Source of the DNA: Promethearchaeota archaeon | GTDB taxonomy: Archaea > Asgardarchaeota > Thorarchaeia > Thorarchaeales > Thorarchaeaceae | Length of the DNA: 19,134 bases | Reading direction: 5' to 3' | NCBI GenBank assembly: GCA_048939765.1 | Contig: JBHLPF010000023.1 | Location: forward strand, 1 to 19,134 | Shown: piece by piece, positions 16,195 through 19,134 of the stretch | Layout: each line of letters opens with the position of its first letter | Numbering within the stretch: the first letter of the stretch is position 1 | Position numbers and translations under genes: made by a program | The notes under the pieces: generated by a model | Databases searched by the model: none | What the model saw: only the letters and a program-made list of their open reading frames with translations | Told to the model about the DNA's origin: nothing

Positions 16195-18315
16195 ATGTTT
16201 ACACGAAAATCGTGGCTATTTGTTATAGTACTCCTGTTGGTCCTACCTTCATTTATCTCAATAACTTCTCTGACCAGTATTGGTGCTCAGAGCAAAAACA
16301 TCGACTCCCCCTCCATCAAGGCCAAGGAACATCAGGTCAGTGAGGACCCAACGATTGCTATAACAAATGATAACGACTTCGCAATGATGGGCTTTGCAGG
16401 CGACGGCTCACCTGGAAATCCCTATCGTATCGAGAACTTCAATATAACTGGTGACAGTACAGAGTTGATTAGCATACAAAACACACGCAAGAATTTCATC
16501 ATCCAGAACTGTACTCTTCATCAAAGTGGATTCGGGAATGAGGCGATATTGCTCTACAATGTATCAAATGGTGAAATCTTCGATAATGCGATATATGACA
16601 ACTGGGAATCTATTTTCATCAACAATTGCACGGATATCACTGTCCAGGCGAATAATATAACATCAAGCCAATATGGCATAGGTTTGCAGGATTGTTACAG
16701 CATCGAGGTTTTGTACAATAATATCGATTGTATAGGCGACTGTATTAACCAAAATTACGGTGGGGATATCACTGTCAAGCATAATATCCTGAACGGTAGC
16801 GATTTCAATCTATATATGAATGAAATTGACACCGGATGGTTTGAGAACAATACAAGCACTCATTCATCGCTAGGCATGTATTTCAAAGGTCCCAATCTTG
16901 TGATCAAGAACAACAACCTGGCCAATAACACAAGAGGAATGAGTATGGCTGTGTGTGATTATGCTTTGGTTTTCAACAACACTATTGACGAATGCGGAGG
17001 CGGACTTCTCGTGGAGGGAGGCATTTCTCAAACAATTGCTAATAACACAATAGCGAACGGCAGCACTGGTATCGATGTTGACCGACCTGATGACTGTCTC
17101 TTCGAGAATAACACAATTTCCGGAAATGACTTCGGTGTTTTGGTCGTTGCAGATTCTGATAGGAACTGGTTTGTTGCAAACTTCTTCGATGGCAACACAT
17201 TGAACGCTGAGGATAATGGGACAGACACATTCTTTGGTACAAATTACTGGTCAGACTATGTCGGTTCAGATGGAAATGGGGATGGAATTGGTGATACACC
17301 GCGCCCGATCTCAGGAACCGCGAATAACGAAGACCCCCACCCACTGATGACCCCTTCAACCCCCAGATATTCTACAATCTGGGCCCCTACTCCTACAGAT
17401 CAGCATCTGGAGCTTGGATATGCCCTCAGGTACGATCTCAACTGCACTGCACCAGAACCAATCTACTGGTGGTTATCTGGTGCTTATGCCTCGTGGTTTT
17501 CAGTTGACTCTAATGGCGTGATCACGAACGCAACTGTGTTCGCTATGGAATATGATCTGCCTCTAACAGTTTGGGCCAGAAATATCTATAGCTTCACAAT
17601 ATCGGCTACTTTCAGGATAGATATCAATGATACACTCATACCGACATGGGTTGAAGAACCAATTGATCAATTCCATGAATTTGGTCAAGCCTTCAGCTAT
17701 GATCTAAATGCATCCGATGCTTGGGATATTGATCGGTACTGGACGAATGCTACAATATATTTCAGCATGAATTCTAACACTGGGGTACTATCTGCAGCTA
17801 ATCCCCCAATAGGAATCTATGGAATCGAAGTGAGAGCCTACGATCCTGAGGACAAATATGTGTCAGCAGTCTTCACTGTCACCGTCGCTGATACAATCCC
17901 ACCTTCAATTAATCATCCTGAAGACTTGGAATTCGTAGAAGGAGCAGATGCTAGTGGTGCTATTGGCTGGATGGTCACTGATGCAAGCCCCATGACCTAT
18001 GAGATCTTTGAGAATGGAGCAGAAATCCAAGAGGGGGGTGTCCCGATTGGAAATATGGTATACCTCAACTATGCCATCATGGGGATGGCACCAGGAACAT
18101 ACAATTACACAATTGTGGCCACAGACGGTTATCACATCACCACCGACACTGTATTGCTTGTCATTACGCCAGTAGGTACAACTTCGCCAACGACAACAAC
18201 TACTCCACCACCACCTCCTCCCCCAATCGACATCACACTCATCCTTGTAGTGGGTGTCGGTGGAGTGGTCATTGTCATAGCAATAATAATCGTCCTAAGA
18301 AAGCGAAGTCAATAA
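16195..18315 (+). CDS. Large cell-surface glycoprotein: signal peptide, NosD/CASH beta-helix, Ig/cadherin-like repeats, Thr/Pro linker, C-terminal TM anchor
   Basis: ATG 16195 after GAGGAG. Hydrophobic N-terminus, GDGSPGNPYRIE, many NN(T/I)I beta-helix repeats, NYWSDY..DGNGDGIGDTP, repeated W..P.DQ..E.G....YDLN units, TTTTTPPPPPPP, a TM segment and an RKR tail. Many N-x-S/T sequons. Confidence 0.88.
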   Translation: MFTRKSWLFVIVLLLVLPSFISITSLTSIGAQSKNIDSPSIKAKEHQVSEDPTIAITNDNDFAMMGFAGDGSPGNPYRIENFNITGDSTELISIQNTRKNFIIQNCTLHQSGFGNEAILLYNVSNGEIFDNAIYDNWESIFINNCTDITVQANNITSSQYGIGLQDCYSIEVLYNNIDCIGDCINQNYGGDITVKHNILNGSDFNLYMNEIDTGWFENNTSTHSSLGMYFKGPNLVIKNNNLANNTRGMSMAVCDYALVFNNTIDECGGGLLVEGGISQTIANNTIANGSTGIDVDRPDDCLFENNTISGNDFGVLVVADSDRNWFVANFFDGNTLNAEDNGTDTFFGTNYWSDYVGSDGNGDGIGDTPRPISGTANNEDPHPLMTPSTPRYSTIWAPTPTDQHLELGYALRYDLNCTAPEPIYWWLSGAYASWFSVDSNGVITNATVFAMEYDLPLTVWARNIYSFTISATFRIDINDTLIPTWVEEPIDQFHEFGQAFSYDLNASDAWDIDRYWTNATIYFSMNSNTGVLSAANPPIGIYGIEVRAYDPEDKYVSAVFTVTVADTIPPSINHPEDLEFVEGADASGAIGWMVTDASPMTYEIFENGAEIQEGGVPIGNMVYLNYAIMGMAPGTYNYTIVATDGYHITTDTVLLVITPVGTTSPTTTTTPPPPPPPIDITLILVVGVGGVVIVIAIIIVLRKRSQ

Positions 18316-18326
18316 AGAATAAACTT

Positions 18327-18356
18327 GCCCCCGTCTTTGGGGGCGTACCCTTTTTT
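18327..18356 (+). terminator. GC hairpin plus T-tract terminator after the surface-protein gene
   Basis: GCCCCC-gtcttt-GGGGGC (18327-18344) followed by TTTTTT (18351-18356); the hairpin starts 12 nt after the stop codon. Confidence 0.7.
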
Positions 18357-18402
18357 ATTGAGCTTATCGATGGCGAAATGGTCCGTTGCTCTTTCAGAGT
18401 CG

Positions 18403-18459
18403 AAGTGATTACGTTCTCTCTTGTCTGAAGACATTTATTTGGCATTCATGACTTTTTCA
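18403..18459 (+). repeat. Copy B of the ~58-nt imperfect direct repeat; includes the probable TATA box (TTTATT, 18434-18439) of the downstream gene
   Basis: AAGTGAttacgTTCTCTCTTGTctgaagacaTTTATTtggcATTCATGACtTTTTCA, ending just before ATG 18461. Confidence 0.75.
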
Positions 18460-18460
18460 A

Positions 18461-19134
18461 ATGGTTATGTTCGATTTTCAGGTAAAGCCAATCCTTCTTT
18501 ATGGGGTTTATGAGAAGAAGGTGCAGACTAGTTGGAGACCTTGGGGTGGGATTCAATCTGAAGCTGACGCAGACAGCGAGATTAAGAGGATTAGGGATGA
18601 ATTGCTAGAATTACAGAATGAGGCAGACTTTCCATTACGAATTCAACCTTTAAGCAAGACCAAAACTGCTGCAGATGTTGAAAATCTAGACTGCGATACA
18701 GATGCATTTTTGGTGTATGCAGCTGGCGTACAGGAAATCGACTCGATTGAGCCCTTGGAGCGACTGCTATCATATAATATGCCAGTAGTATTCTTCCTCA
18801 GGAAAGACTATCTCTGGTACGAAATTGTACATCCACGGTTTCTAAGAAAGAGCGTATCTGATGAGATCCTGCAACCTGTCAATGTTGAGGATATCATAGT
18901 TGATGACTACAAAGAACTTCTCCAGAAATTGAGATCTCTAGCAGGATTGAAGTCTGCAATTGGTGCGAAAGTCATCTCTATAGGACCACCTGGAGGCTGG
19001 GGCATTGGGGAGGAGGCTGTGCAGAAAGCAAAAGAAACATGGAATCTTCAGATAGAAACTATCTCCTATCAGGAGTTGGCTAATAGAATCGAGGAATTGA
19101 AAGCAGATGCCAATGCAGTTGATATGGCTCAAGA
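18461..19134 (+). CDS. Putative sugar isomerase (L-fucose/L-arabinose isomerase-like family), 5' part; runs off the window end
   Basis: Hand translation is open from ATG 18461 (or 18467) to the window end: MVMFDFQVKPILLYGVYEKKVQTSWRPWGGIQSEADADSEIKRIRDEL...LVYAAG...YLWYEIVHPRFLRK...DIIVDDYKELLQKLRSLAGLK...IGPPGGWG... It is absent from the ORF track because it has no stop. The family call is from recalled similarity only. Confidence 0.65.
   Translation, partial: MVMFDFQVKPILLYGVYEKKVQTSWRPWGGIQSEADADSEIKRIRDELLELQNEADFPLRIQPLSKTKTAADVENLDCDTDAFLVYAAGVQEIDSIEPLERLLSYNMPVVFFLRKDYLWYEIVHPRFLRKSVSDEILQPVNVEDIIVDDYKELLQKLRSLAGLKSAIGAKVISIGPPGGWGIGEEAVQKAKETWNLQIETISYQELANRIEELKADANAVDMAQ

Noticed and set aside
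18405-18451. Repeat copy B read as a C/D-box sRNA (GTGATTA...CTGA...ATGA)
   Set aside because: The boxes are degenerate, there is no C' box, and the putative boxes are not conserved in copy A.
16025-18459. Interpreting the direct repeats as integron attC sites, IS ends or CRISPR repeats
   Set aside because: There are no RYYYAAC/GTTRRRY ends or internal dyad, no transposase or integrase, and only two copies 2.4 kb apart.
18840-18865. Apparent stop or frameshift (TGATGA) in the terminal isomerase-like gene
   Set aside because: In the coding frame it reads AAG AGC GTA TCT GAT GAG, so the frame is uninterrupted.
202-19132. The many 60-155 aa ORFs in the track that overlap larger genes on the opposite strand or in other frames (e.g. 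2926-3276, 11085-11552, 14547-14930, 18591-18773, 18938-19132)
   Set aside because: They are nested in or overlap well-supported genes and show no recognisable motifs; these are shadow ORFs.

Overview
Gene-dense, mostly metabolic window that looks archaeal. The GGTGA/GGAGG-type RBSs, BRE/TATA-like promoters, orphan cytoplasmic PAS/GAF histidine kinase, two NosD/CASH beta-helix surface proteins with a 'G-x-G-[TS]-x-x-[DN]-P-Y-x-I' opening and a membrane-embedded M28 peptidase suggest an Asgard (Thorarchaeota-like) genome; this taxonomy is inference only. Gene order: Zn-finger + PD-(D/E)XK nuclease-like gene, small beta-helix protein, hydroxyacid-oxoacid transhydrogenase, LLM oxidoreductase, membrane protein, SDR, a 76-aa possibly TusA/SirA-fold protein, M20 and M28 peptidases, MFS + ThDP enzyme operon, convergent TDH-like SDR + 3-hydroxyacyl-CoA dehydrogenase-family operon, histidine kinase, a large anchored surface protein, and a fucose/arabinose-isomerase-like gene that runs off the window end and is missing from the ORF track. 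The most notable unexplained structure is a ~58-nt imperfect direct repeat (45/59 identical by hand alignment; 16025-16083 and 18403-18459) that brackets the surface-protein gene and its terminator. I saw no tRNA, rRNA, CRISPR array, transposase or integrase.
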